Origin: Dictyostelium discoideum
Taxonomy: Eukaryota
Direction of reading: 5' to 3'
Length of the DNA stretch: 64,000 nucleotides
Assembly (NCBI GenBank): GCA_000004695.1
Contig: CM000154.2
Location: 1,216,001-1,280,000, forward strand
Part shown: positions 47,227 through 57,821 of the stretch, in pieces
Position numbering within the stretch: position 1 is the first letter of the stretch
How the letters are laid out: each line of letters starts with the position of its first letter
Notes under the pieces: model-generated
What the model was told of the DNA's origin: nothing
Databases searched by the model: none
Seen by the model: only the letters and a program-made list of their open reading frames with translations
Program-made: the position numbers and the translations under genes

Positions 47227-47574
47227 ATCTTATTTGAACAAAAATTCTTTACATTAATGTTCCCAATTTTATTAGAATCATTTAAGGTTAGTAAAAATAA
47301 AGAATTACAAACAATCTCATCACATTATTTAATTGCAATTTCAAATTTACTTAAACATGTACCAAAAGAGATTTTACTTGCTGAATTAAATGAAATCTTA
47401 CCAATCGTTATGCAATCACTTAAAAGTTCTGATAATAATGATCAAGTTCAATTATTAGATAGTAGTTTACAAACTTTAACAATGTTAATCAATGAAACTC
47501 CTTCAAGTTTTATTTCTTATTTAGATTCTTTAATTCCTTCATTAATTAAAATTTCTACAAAATCTACAAAATAT
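47227..47574 (+). CDS. mms19: MMS19, exon 5 (start of conserved C-terminal domain)
   Basis: Acceptor aattag at 47225-26. It encodes ILFEQKFFTLMFPILLESFKVSKNKELQTISSHYLIAISNLLKHVPKEILLAELNEILPIVMQSLKSSDNNDQVQLLDSSLQTL... Human has MFRQRFFTDNVPALVQGFHAAPQDVKPNYLKGLSHVLNRLPKPVLLPELPTLLSLLLEAL. The donor is GTAAGT at 47575. Confidence 0.85.
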
Positions 47575-47694
47575 GTAAGTGTATAAAAAAAAATTTTAAA
47601 AAATCATAATAAATTTATATATATATATAATATATATTATATTATATATATTATATATTAATCCTTTTATTATTATTTTTATTATTATTATTAG

Positions 47695-47877
47695 AATTTA
47701 AAAAGATCAGCTTTAGAGATTTTAACATTATTATCAAAGTCAATTCCATTTGTTAATTTATTCCCTTATAAAACTCAAGTAGTTACAGATATAATTCCTT
47801 GTTTGGATGATAAAAAGAGAATAGTAAGAAGAGAGGCTCAAAAATGCAGAAACAGCTGGTATATTTTGCAAAAGTAA
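47695..47877 (+). CDS. mms19: MMS19, exon 6 (C-terminus)
   Basis: Acceptor tattattag at 47693-94. It encodes NLKRSALEILTLLSKSIPFVNLFPYKTQVVTDIIPCLDDKKRIVRREAQKCRNSWYILQK*. Human has VRIAALQCMHALTRLPTPVLLPYKPQVIRALAKPLDDKKRLVRKEAVSARGEWFLL. The spliced protein is about 1115 aa. Confidence 0.85.
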   Translation, partial: NLKRSALEILTLLSKSIPFVNLFPYKTQVVTDIIPCLDDKKRIVRREAQKCRNSWYILQK

Positions 47878-48526
47878 AAAATAAATGAATTTTAATGATT
47901 AATTTTCTTTTTTTTTTTTCCTATTTTTATTTTTTCTATTTTTATTTTTTCTATTTTTATTTTTTTCTATTTTTATTTTTTCTATTCTATTAATTTGATA
48001 TTTTCATTTCCTTAAATGGAATAAATTCACATTTGTTTCTATATTTCTTTTTGAGAGTTTCTGAAAAAAAAATAATAAATAAAAAATAAAAACAATACTA
48101 AAATGTCTTTTTATTAATTTGTTAATTATTTTTTTTTTTTATTCATATTATTTTTTGTTACCCAAAAAAAAAAAAAAAAATTTAAAAATATAATATGTAT
48201 ATATATATATATAAAAAAATAAAATTAAAAAAAAAAAAAAATTTTATAAAAATTTTAATTGCTTGGTTTTATATATAATATTTTGGGGTATGAGCAAGTA
48301 GTGATACTAAAAATATGAAACCCACATTGGAAAATAGATATTGGGAGTATTTGTTTAACACACTCACACACCAACCCCCATTAAATGTTTAAATTACAAT
48401 AATTTAAATATTGTTTAATTATTTTACAATATTACTTTTTGTTCAATGAAACAAACAATCATTTAACAATGTTGAAAAAAGTACTTTTCATAAATTAATT
48501 TAATTATTAAAATTTTTTATTTTTAT

Positions 48527-48565
<39 letters not shown>

Positions 48566-48760
48566 ACTTATAATATATTTTATTTATATATGTATTTTTT
48601 TAATTTTAAAAAAAATTCTATAAATAGTTGTTATTAGTCCTAAAATAATTATTTAAAAAAGATAAAAATAAAAAAATAAAAATAAAAATAGAAATAAATT
48701 AAATAAATAAATTAAAATAATTTAAAATCAAATATTTAATTTTAAAAAAAAATAAAAAAA

Positions 48761-51700
48761 ATGAAAATTATTTTTTTTATTTTTTTTATTTTTTTTTTTA
48801 TTCAATTGCTTTCAAACCGATATGTATTAGGTGAAAAATCAAATAATATTGATAATACTAAGGATGATAAATTAAGTCCTTTAAAACAAATATTACAAAA
48901 ACAAAGAAAACAAGCAGAAAATGAAAAGAATTTAATTAAAAATCTTGCAGAAATCATTTACACTGTGAAATCAATGGATCAATCACAATCTGAAACTGGT
49001 GATGTTTATATTGACCTATTCTTAGAGGATACCGATGGAAAGAATACTACAAAAATGGCAGAATCTATCTACAGTTTAATTGATACCTTGGAGAGATTCG
49101 ATATTGAAAAACGTCAATTACGATTAGAAAAAAAACAACGAAAACATAAACAATCTAAAACACAACAACAACAACTAGATTTAGTTAATGACAAATTCAT
49201 TTCAAAAAAATTACTGTCAATTGATATTGAAAATTTTGATTTTGAGAGAAATGTTGACAACAATCAACAACAACAAGATTTTGATATAATCGATCAAGAA
49301 ATCATTGATGGTTTACCAATAACTCATTATAAAGATGTTTATCTTCGAAATAAATTAATTTCAAAATCAGTTAATACTGACTCACAATCAAGTAATTCAG
49401 AAAATAATGAATCATCTTCAGTAGGTTTATCAATTGGTTCAACATCTTCACCAAACAGCTCACAAAAACCATCATTAGAATCGTCGTCAACAAACTCAAA
49501 ACCTCTTGAGCCACCCTCTCAAGAGTCACAAGGATCATCAGAAAATTCATCATCAATAGATTTATCTTCACAAGAATCTTACTCAAATGAACAGTCCTCA
49601 ATTGAGTCATTCTCACCAAGTTCCTCATCTAAAGAATCATCACAAGAATATTCTTCAAGTGAACCATCTCCTTCAAGTGGGCCATCATCATCATCATCAT
49701 TAAGTTCACAAGAATATTCTGCTGGTTCATCTTCAGTAAGCCTATCTTCAGTAGGTTCACACTCACAGGAATCTTCTGTAGGTTCATCTTTAGTAGGTTC
49801 ATCTTCTGTAGGTTCACAAGAATCTTTAGTAGGTTCATCTTCTGTAGGTTCACAAGAATCTTTAGTAGGTTCTTCTTCTGTAGGTTTACCTTCACAAGGA
49901 TCATCCTCAATAGATTCATCCTCACAAGAATCATCTTCAATAGGTTCAGTAGGTTCAACTTCACAAGAATCTTCAGTCGGTTCATCTTCACAAGAATCTT
50001 CAGTAAGTTCATTTTCAGTAGGTTCACCTTCACAAGGATCATCCTCAATAGGTTCATCCTCACAAGAATCATCTTCAATAGGTTCATCATCAGTAAGTTC
50101 ATCATCAAAAGGTTCGTCATCACAAAACAATGGACTAAGCTCTGAGCAACCTTTATCAGATAATGAATCAAATAGTGAATCAAACTCTTCACAATACATT
50201 TCAGAAAATGATTCAACTTCGTCATTACAAAATAATGACCCAAACTCATCATCACAAAACAATAATTCAAACTCTTTACAATCTGAATCTGAATCCTCTC
50301 AAAATGAATCAAATGAATCAAACTCTTTAGAAACCGAATCATCTTCAAATATTAAATCTAGTTCATCACAATCTGAAACATATCAATCAAGTTATGAATC
50401 TTCAAACTCATTTTCGTCTCAAAGTTCTGCTTTTGTATCATCTTCTTCTGAATCAAATGGTAGATCATCATCATCATCATCGTCATCATCCGCCTCCTCA
50501 TCATCATCATCACCAGAAGAACAATCATTTCCAATATCATCCTATTCAAATGATGAATGTGGAATTGAAGTTCAACAAATTATGTTAAAGAAATTAGGTA
50601 ATAATTTAGCATCATGGTCGATGAATATTATTAATTTAAAACCATTAATAGTTTTCGAACATATTTCAGTTTATAGAAAAGAGGCAATCACAAAACCAGA
50701 TAATTCAATTGGATATAATAAAGTGGATGTTTGGAATACCATTACTTCAAATGGTCGTCCTGAAGGAAAATTATTCTCATTTGTTTATATTGGAAATTTA
50801 GTTCCTGATAATTTCTTTATTTCTTGTGATAATAATACAACACCCCCAACTTTACCACCTACTCTATCACCAATTGATAATCATTTTTCATCATCTCAAC
50901 AACAATCCTCTTCACAATCCTCTTCATTTACACCATCCACATCTTCATCAACCCAAACTGAAGGATTAAAATGTAAATTGTCATATTCACAAAGAAGAAT
51001 TGGATATATTAGATTTGGAACTAAAATTAAATATATATGGTGGGTTGAAATTGCCAATAAAGGTGAAACAAGCATTGATAATCAATTATTTATTAAATTT
51101 GACCAAAATGTTGAAAATGTAAATGGATTAGATAAGGTTAATGTTGATGATGATAATAATAGTGAAGGTAGTTCAAGTATTGGAAGCAGTGATAGCATTA
51201 GAGATAGCATTAGTGATAGTGATAGTAGTGGTAGTGATAATAATATATATAAAGTTGGATCGAATGGTATACCATTAAGACCTGATAGTTTTTATGCATT
51301 TACATACTTTACACAATCAATTGTTCCAGCACAATTAGAATTTATAGATCATGATAATTGTGCTGAACCCATCGATTCGGGTAAACCATCACCAAATCAA
51401 CAAATTGGTACACCTGAAACTCAATGCTCAGCAGAAATTCATCAAGAGAAATTATCAACTAGTCTCACATTCTTTGGTTTCATTTCTTCATATGCTGTAA
51501 CAATTAAAAATACATCACCAGTTCAATCACTTTATGATTTAACAATCATATTTAAGAGTAGTATTAAAGAAGTAAATGGAATAGATCCATTAGTAATAAA
51601 TACATCAAGCTCAACAAATACTCAAATCTCTACAATCTCTGATTCAAATTATCAATTACCAGAATCATTACGTGTAATCGGTATAAAACCAAATCAACCT

Positions 51701-51796
51701 TTTGTTTTTTATTATGAAAAATATGGTTTCTTTTCATCTGATATTGAAATTCAAAATGAATTATGTTCACCAGAATACTTTTACAATAATAAATAA
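48761..51796 (+). CDS. Secreted Ser-rich mucin-like protein with internal tandem repeats and a conserved-looking Cys-containing C-terminal domain; single exon, 1011 aa
   Basis: ATG at 48761. The N-terminus is a hydrophobic signal peptide ([24 protein letters not shown]). A central domain of about 400 aa is >50% Ser and built from repeated SSVGSQESLVG-type units. The C-terminal ~400 aa is more complex (ECGIEVQQIMLKKLGNNLASW...GYIRFGTKIKYIWWVEIANKG...). I recognise no family. Confidence 0.6.
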   Translation: MKIIFFIFFIFFFIQLLSNRYVLGEKSNNIDNTKDDKLSPLKQILQKQRKQAENEKNLIKNLAEIIYTVKSMDQSQSETGDVYIDLFLEDTDGKNTTKMAESIYSLIDTLERFDIEKRQLRLEKKQRKHKQSKTQQQQLDLVNDKFISKKLLSIDIENFDFERNVDNNQQQQDFDIIDQEIIDGLPITHYKDVYLRNKLISKSVNTDSQSSNSENNESSSVGLSIGSTSSPNSSQKPSLESSSTNSKPLEPPSQESQGSSENSSSIDLSSQESYSNEQSSIESFSPSSSSKESSQEYSSSEPSPSSGPSSSSSLSSQEYSAGSSSVSLSSVGSHSQESSVGSSLVGSSSVGSQESLVGSSSVGSQESLVGSSSVGLPSQGSSSIDSSSQESSSIGSVGSTSQESSVGSSSQESSVSSFSVGSPSQGSSSIGSSSQESSSIGSSSVSSSSKGSSSQNNGLSSEQPLSDNESNSESNSSQYISENDSTSSLQNNDPNSSSQNNNSNSLQSESESSQNESNESNSLETESSSNIKSSSSQSETYQSSYESSNSFSSQSSAFVSSSSESNGRSSSSSSSSSASSSSSSPEEQSFPISSYSNDECGIEVQQIMLKKLGNNLASWSMNIINLKPLIVFEHISVYRKEAITKPDNSIGYNKVDVWNTITSNGRPEGKLFSFVYIGNLVPDNFFISCDNNTTPPTLPPTLSPIDNHFSSSQQQSSSQSSSFTPSTSSSTQTEGLKCKLSYSQRRIGYIRFGTKIKYIWWVEIANKGETSIDNQLFIKFDQNVENVNGLDKVNVDDDNNSEGSSSIGSSDSIRDSISDSDSSGSDNNIYKVGSNGIPLRPDSFYAFTYFTQSIVPAQLEFIDHDNCAEPIDSGKPSPNQQIGTPETQCSAEIHQEKLSTSLTFFGFISSYAVTIKNTSPVQSLYDLTIIFKSSIKEVNGIDPLVINTSSSTNTQISTISDSNYQLPESLRVIGIKPNQPFVFYYEKYGFFSSDIEIQNELCSPEYFYNNK
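49790..50100 (+). repeat. Coding tandem/dispersed repeats (36-bp unit GGTTCATCTTCTGTAGGTTCACAAGAATCTTTAGTA x2.5; ~54-bp unit TCACAAGGATCATCCTCAATAG.TTCATCCTCACAAGAATCATCTTCAATAGGTTCA x2) inside the Ser-rich gene
   Basis: Near-perfect direct repeats are visible in the nucleotide sequence. They explain the spurious long antisense ORFs 49579-50262 and 49629-50348. Confidence 0.8.
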
Positions 51797-51912
51797 AATA
51801 AAATAAAATAAAATAAAATAAATAAAATAAAATAAAATAAGATAACTAATAAATGAATGTTCTTTATTTTTTTTCTTTTTTTTTTTTTTTTTTGTTTTAT
51901 AAATAATTTATT

Positions 51913-53691
51913 TTAAAATGATTGTGAAACTAAAAGAGTAGCGGTTGTACTATTAAAACCATTAAAACCAAGTAATGTTTCAAATAATTCAATTTTACTA
52001 GGTGTTTTGTCAGCCTTAATATTAAATATTACTGATAAGGAACTCTCGCCACTTAAAGGATCTGTAAAACCACTTCCAATAGCACCACTTGGACTAAACC
52101 ATGAACGTTTACCTCTTTGTAAGAGCATATATTTAGTGGTACCATCAGTATATGTGATTTTAATAGTATAATCACAACCATTTGCATGACAATACCATGC
52201 ATATTTACTAACATTTGGTCTAATGTCAACCAATTGAGTTGAATTGGTTGGATCAAAAAAGGGCATAAGATTTCCTTTTGATTTAAAAATTGGATAAATT
52301 TGAGAAAGGTTGGCTGGTCCAACAAAACTGTGAGTGATGATGATTGTGTAAACATCTACATTTCTTTCAATTGGAAGACCATCATTTATACCATAGAGAC
52401 CATTGCTCTTGGTGGATGGAGTATAGGTTTCATATTTAAGAGTTGTTGTATTCCACTTTTTGTAACCAGTGGAAAAGGATTTATCATAAATGATTGAATC
52501 TTTGAAATAGTTTTGAATGGTAACTTCTTCATAATCTGCAAACATTGAGTATCTATAGCCTTGGGCTTGGTTACCTGCACCACCTTGCATTACAGATTGT
52601 TTAACGCAATTTTTATTTTGATCCAATATAAAACTTTTATTACAATTTTTATATGCACCAATATTTGATGGAATATTTACACTTAAAAATTCATTATGGT
52701 TCATATCAAAACCCCATTCTGATCCGAGCAAGCTTCCATCTACATATGGATAATTTCCACTCTTGTAACTATCACCGGCATGGGGCAAACCATAGCTATG
52801 ACCGGCCTCGTGGATGAAAATACCAGTATAGGAATAGTCTCCGGTACCCACGGAACCACCTCCTAAGCCTCCCCAAGGATCTGCATATTTACCATTGGCA
52901 CCCAAGTGAATAAGTGGAGCATAGTAAAGAACTGATGATGGACCTTCACCATTTGCACCTCTAATTCCACTCAAAATACCCAAAACGACACTCATAATCT
53001 CATAACCATCTCTTTTTTGGTCAGAGTTGGTTATTCTTAAACCTGGTAAATTATTTCTACCAGCTGGTAAAATTAAGTATGACCAATCAATTCTGGAAAT
53101 TGGGTGATTAAGTGCATTCAATGATGACAAAGACCATTTTTGAATTAATTCATCTGAAACATCTTTAGATATTGAACCAGTTACAGAGAGTGGTTGAGTA
53201 TTGGTATCGTTTGCACCAAATAAATAGAATGGAAGAAGCCACATATTTAAATTTGTTTCATGACCAATGTTTGGGAAAAAGAATTCAGATTTCAAGAGCA
53301 TAGTTGAAAATTGAATTTTCATTTTTGGTTTCATCCAATCTTTTGGAATTCTTATACTATGATGAACAGTGGAATATTTGGTACCATTGGATTCTGTTGG
53401 TGGCAATTTACTTGGATCATTAAGTGTTAATTTTCCCATTAATGAATCATCAACCCAAACTTTAACAGTATAGGAAAGAGTTTGATCTTGAAATTTGGCT
53501 AATAACAAAGACTCTCTGTTTGGAAGAATTTTTAATGTTACAGTATTATTTTTCCAACTTTTACCTTCAATTGGAAGTACATGTGTATTGGCAAATTTAA
53601 TATCACTGACTTGTAATCTTGAAGAACAGACTGCGCAATTAATATTTGTAATTAAATTTAAAAAAACTAATAAAATAATTAATATTTTCAT
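51913..53691 (-). CDS. Dictomallein-type secreted zinc metalloprotease (peptidase family M66, StcE-like); single exon, 592 aa
   Basis: A signal peptide MKILIILLVFLNLITNINCA is followed by the M66 zinc-binding motif GIFIHEAGHSYGLPHAGD (HExxHxxGxxH). Dictyostelium has a small dtml family of such proteins; which paralog this is cannot be told from the sequence. I take the start at 53691 from the ORF track; my own count put the ATG at 53690-88, so the boundary is +/-1. Confidence 0.7.
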   Translation of the reverse strand: MKILIILLVFLNLITNINCAVCSSRLQVSDIKFANTHVLPIEGKSWKNNTVTLKILPNRESLLLAKFQDQTLSYTVKVWVDDSLMGKLTLNDPSKLPPTESNGTKYSTVHHSIRIPKDWMKPKMKIQFSTMLLKSEFFFPNIGHETNLNMWLLPFYLFGANDTNTQPLSVTGSISKDVSDELIQKWSLSSLNALNHPISRIDWSYLILPAGRNNLPGLRITNSDQKRDGYEIMSVVLGILSGIRGANGEGPSSVLYYAPLIHLGANGKYADPWGGLGGGSVGTGDYSYTGIFIHEAGHSYGLPHAGDSYKSGNYPYVDGSLLGSEWGFDMNHNEFLSVNIPSNIGAYKNCNKSFILDQNKNCVKQSVMQGGAGNQAQGYRYSMFADYEEVTIQNYFKDSIIYDKSFSTGYKKWNTTTLKYETYTPSTKSNGLYGINDGLPIERNVDVYTIIITHSFVGPANLSQIYPIFKSKGNLMPFFDPTNSTQLVDIRPNVSKYAWYCHANGCDYTIKITYTDGTTKYMLLQRGKRSWFSPSGAIGSGFTDPLSGESSLSVIFNIKADKTPSKIELFETLLGFNGFNSTTATLLVSQSF

Positions 53692-53907
53692 TTTTATTTT
53701 TTTTTATTTTTTTTAAAAAAATAAAATTATTTGTTTGATTGAAATAAAAAAAAAAAAAAAAAAATTATTTATACAAAAAAAAAAAATAATAAATAATTAA
53801 ATAAATAAATAATAAAAAAATAATAAATAAATAAAATAAAAAAATGTAAATATTTATTTGAAATAAAATGTGATTAAAATGAAAAAGTAGATATGTTTTT
53901 TTTTTTC

Positions 53908-53943
<36 letters not shown>

Positions 53944-54812
53944 AAAAATGGGTTTGATTAGGCTGTTATAATAAAAATTCCAAGATCAAATTTTTTTTAT
54001 TTTTATTTTTATTTTTTTTTTTTTTTTTGCAAAAATATCTTTTAAACGCATTGAAATTTAATGGTTTTTATAATTTCATCAAGGTAAATATATTGTAATA
54101 TGAAAAGACAAAAAATAAGTTGGGAAAAAGTGGTTCTTAATCAAGCTTTAGATATCTTCAACCATTTTCAATTATTTTTTCAAATAATAATTTGTGGATC
54201 ACATTACCGAGGTGAAAGTTTAACGAAAAAAAATATCACCAAAATTGTTTTTAATAAAAAAAAATAAAAAAAATAAAAAAAAAACTGTTTTTTTTTTGGG
54301 GTTAAATAGTTACTCCATACCTTTTTTTTTTAAAAAAAAAAAATCCATTTCTTTTTCGTATAAGGTAAGATCTAATTTATTTTTTTTGGTTTAATTTTTT
54401 TTTTCTTTTTTATTTTTAGATTATTTACAAACAGTTTTATTATTTTTTTTGGGAATATTAAAAAAAAAAATTTAAAATTTTATTACTTGAAAAAAACAGG
54501 ATAAAAAAGTAAACCCCCAAAAATCAAAATAAATTGATAATTTTAAAAATAAAATTAAAATAACAAAATGAATATTAATTTTAAAATTAATATTCATTTT
54601 GTTATTTTTTTTTATTGTGATTTTTTTTATTGATTGTATTATTAAAATGATTTTGTAAAAATTAAAGAATATTAAAAAAAATAAATATTAATAAATAGTT
54701 TTTTTTGTTGAAAATTGATGACCTTATTTCTATTTTTTGTGTGAAAAAATTGATTGTTGTTAGTAAAATGATTAGAAAAAAAATTTTAAAAAAAAAAAAA
54801 ATAAAAACTTAC

Positions 54813-55045
54813 AGAGAAAACTTTTAATTTAAAACTATTTAAATTTCCATTCTTTTTCTTTGAATAAATAAGAAAACCTGCAGCACCAAGGATTAAAACT
54901 CCAGCAACAACACCAATTGCAATACCAGCGATTGCACCACCTGATAATCCAGAATCTTTTGATGGTAATTCCATTGTTGGATCTGCTCCACAATATTTTT
55001 GTTGAAATTCTGTTTCTTTCAAACCTGAATATTTGTTTAATTCAA
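54813..55045 (-). CDS. Small type-I membrane protein, exon 3 (extracellular Cys region, TM helix, short Lys-rich tail)
   Basis: Acceptor aaaaaaaatag at 55047-46. It encodes (F)ELNKYSGLKETEFQQKYCGADPTMELPSKDSGLSGGAIAGIAIGVVAGVLILGAAGFLIYSKKKNGNLNSFKLKVFS. A GTAAGT donor lies at 54812. The gene then either reads through to a stop within the poly-T tract, or splices to a 6-nt terminal exon AAATAA at 54729-54724. Confidence 0.45.
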
Positions 55046-55155
55046 CTATTTTTTTTATTTAAATTTATTTTTATTATTAATATTATTAAGTAAAATTTTA
55101 AAATTTTTTTAACTTTTAAAATGTTATTGTTATTATTATTATTTTTTTTAATTAC

Positions 55156-55258
55156 ATTTTGGTGTGTTTTGTCCTGGATTTGACTCAACTTGGTTTGTGT
55201 AAATAACTTCTGGATAATAATTACAAGTATTTAATTCAACAACTTGTAATAAATTAGT
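55156..55258 (-). CDS. Small type-I membrane protein, exon 2
   Basis: Acceptor ttttttttatag at 55260-59. It encodes TNLLQVVELNTCNYYPEVIYTNQVESNPGQNTPK; the donor GTAATT at 55155 is phase 1, consistent with exon 3. Confidence 0.4.
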
Positions 55259-55327
55259 CTATAAAAAAAATAATAAAATTAATATCTTTTTTGTTTAGAA
55301 AAAAAAAAAAAAAAAAATTTTATTTAC

Positions 55328-55498
55328 CTTCCAATTATCAAATTTTATTTGGATTTCATTTGTTGGATAGTTTATTTCATAATTATCCATCCAATTTAAA
55401 AATGATTGATAAAGTATACCATTATCTGGTAATGATTGACAATTATTTAAATTAATAAAAAATAATATGAATATAGATAAACAAATAATAAATTTCAT
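55328..55498 (-). CDS. Small type-I membrane protein, exon 1 (signal peptide)
   Basis: ATG at 55498-96 gives MKFIICLSIFILFFINLNNCQSLPDNGILYQSFLNWMDNYEINYPTNEIQIKFDNWK; the donor GTAAAT at 55327 is phase 0. Confidence 0.45.
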
Positions 55499-56146
55499 TT
55501 TTACAAGACTTATTTTAGATAAAAGATTTTTATAAATTAATAAAAAAAAAAAAAATAAAAAAAAAAAATCAACTTTTTTTTTTTTTTTTTTTTTTTAATT
55601 GAATTACATTAATGTTATAAAAAAAAAATGTTCTAAATTTGAAGGGACTGGATGTATAAATATCTACCTTTTTCGAAATAAAAAGTCATTATTTTAAAAA
55701 CTCGAAAACCAAACCGTTAGATATTTTTGATCAAAACAAAATCATTTTAATCGATTTGAGGGGTTTTTATTTTGAAAAAAAAAAAAAAAAAAAAAAATTA
55801 AAAACATTTACCGGTAATAACAACAACCCCACCCATTTTTAATTTTTTTTTCATTTTTTCATTTTTGTTAAAAATTGGGTTCTAAAAAAAAAAAATAAAA
55901 AAATTAAAATATCATTTTTTCCGCATTTTGATTTCATTTTCTTAAATTATTTTATTTTATTTAATTTTGTTTCCATTTTAATTTTTTTTTCATTAATTTT
56001 ATTTTTAATTATTTATTTATTTATTTGTTTATTTATTTATTTATTTATTTTTTATTTATTTATTTATTTATATATTTATTTAATTAATTAATTAATAATT
56101 TATTTATTTGATTTTTAATTTTTTTTTTTTTAAAAAAATTGTTTAG

Positions 56147-56177
<31 letters not shown>

Positions 56178-56180
56178 AAA

Positions 56181-56573
56181 ATGAAATTTTTGGCTAAATT
56201 AATTTTTTTAATTTTAATAAGTTCATGTGTAAATAGCCAATTGACTCCAAATGAAATCACTTTAATTCAAAATTACCATAATCAATGGAGATCCAATCCT
56301 AATGGTCCAACTCCAGTAACACCAATTTCCGGATTAGTCTACAATGAATCAATTGCAACTGCACTTAATTTAAATCTTAGAAAATGTGACGATTCTTACA
56401 GTAATATGTATCAATACGCTCAAAATAGTGAATGGCAAACTTGGGCCACTCCAATTTCATCTTTTAATTTAACTTCCATTCTTGTAAATATTGGAGAATC
56501 TTCAAAATATTATGATTGGTCAATTGCTGGTTGTAATAATATTTCTTCCTCAAATTGTGAAATTTGGACAAAT
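56181..56573 (+). CDS. CAP/SCP/PR-1-domain + papain-family (C1A) cysteine protease fusion protein, exon 1 (signal peptide and CAP domain part 1)
   Basis: ATG at 56181 gives MKFLAKLIFLILISSCVNSQ (signal peptide). The CAP1 motif appears as LIQNYHNQWRSNP (HNxxR) and the exon runs on to ...SNCEIWTN. The donor GTAAGT at 56574 is phase 0. The upstream poly-A tract read as MFRKKKK in the ORF track is 5' UTR. Confidence 0.75.
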
Positions 56574-56675
56574 GTAAGTTATTTTTTTATTTTATTTTTT
56601 TTTTTTTTAGATTTATTTAAAATTATTTAAATATTAAAAATAAAATATTAACATATTAATAATAATTTTAAATAG

Positions 56676-56900
56676 GCTGTCTGGAATAAAAGTAAAAGTT
56701 TTGGATGCGCCAAATCAATTTGTGATGAAACTATTGTATTATCATGCTCCTATTATCCAGCTGGTGGATTTAAAGGTGTCCTCCCATACAAGCCAACCAG
56801 TATAAACCCTTCAGCTTCTACCACTCCAAAAATGCCAAATTTTTCATCTGGAAGTGTTGATTGGAGTGATTATCAAACACCAGTTAGAGACCAAGGTGAA
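56676..56900 (+). CDS. CAP + cysteine protease fusion, exon 2 (CAP domain part 2 and start of mature protease domain)
   Basis: Acceptor aaatag at 56674-75. It encodes AVWNKSKSFGCAKSICDETIVLSCSYYPAGGFKG (the CAP motifs VW..S..GCA and CxYxPxGN), then ...SGSVDWSDYQTPVRDQGE. This is the canonical N-terminus of a mature papain-like domain (LPxSVDWRxxGAVTPVKDQG). The donor is GTAAGT at 56901. Confidence 0.8.
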
Positions 56901-56987
56901 GTAAGTTTTTAAAAAAAATCTTTTTTTTTTTAATTTTATTATTTATATAATATTCTAAAATTATTATTATTTTTTTAAAAAAAATAG

Positions 56988-57454
56988 TGCAAATCATGTT
57001 GGGTTTTTGGTTCTTTGGCAGCATTGGAATCAAGATATTTAATTAAAAATGGTGTATCAGAAAAATCAACATTACACTTATCAGCTCAAAATGCAATGAA
57101 TTGTATTACAAGTGGTTGTGAATCTGGTTGGCCAGCAAATGTATTTGATTATTTTGAATCATCAGGAATTGCATTTGAAAAAGATTATCCATATGATGCA
57201 ATTGGTAGTGATAATTGTACTTCATCTTCTAACAAATTTGAATACTCTGGTTATGATTCAGTTGAAAATACTAAAGACTCTTTAATCCAAGAATTAAAGA
57301 ATGGACCTATCACTATTGCTCTTTACTCTGATACTGCATTCCAAAGTTATGCTGGTGGTATTTATGATTCTGTTGAAGAATATAAAGATGTAAACCACAT
57401 TGTATTATTAGTTGGTTATGATAAACCAACAGATTCTTGGAAAATTAAAAATTC
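56988..57454 (+). CDS. CAP + cysteine protease fusion, exon 3 (catalytic Cys and His)
   Basis: Acceptor aaaaaatag at 56986-87. It encodes CKSCWVFGSLAALESRYLIKNG (active-site Cys in C-SCW-F), ...NHIVLLVGYD (active-site His), and KPTDSWKIKNS. The donor GTAAGT at 57455 is phase 2. Confidence 0.8.
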
Positions 57455-57456
57455 GT

Positions 57457-57489
<33 letters not shown>

Positions 57490-57529
57490 AACAAAATAAT
57501 TTTTACTAACTTTTAATAATTATTTATAG

Positions 57530-57632
57530 ACTTGGAACAAAATGGGGAGAATTAGGATATGCTCGTATAACTGCATCAAATGATAAGCTTGGTATCTTAC
57601 TTTATAATTCTTTTTTCCCAAAATTTAAATAA
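57530..57632 (+). CDS. CAP + cysteine protease fusion, exon 4 (Asn/Trp region, C-terminus)
   Basis: Acceptor tatttatag at 57528-29. It encodes (S)LGTKWGELGYARITASNDKLGILLYNSFFPKFK*, corresponding to papain NSWGxxWGExGYxRI. The spliced protein is about 396 aa. Confidence 0.75.
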
Positions 57633-57773
57633 AAATAAATTATTTAAACATTTAAAAAAAAAAAAAAAACATATACACATGTATTTATTTATTTATAATT
57701 TTTTTATTTTTATTTTTTTATGTATATTTAAAATTATACATTTTTATTTTTTTATGTGTATTTTTATTTTTAA

Positions 57774-57806
<33 letters not shown>

Positions 57807-57821
57807 AAATTGATTATTTAC

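Noticed and set aside
49371-50549. Overlapping minus-strand ORFs (49579-50262, 49629-50348 and others) within the Ser-rich secreted-protein gene
   Set aside because: These are artefacts of the tandem repeats (the reverse complement of TCx-rich codons stays open); the plus-strand frame has a signal peptide and a continuous 1011-aa ORF.
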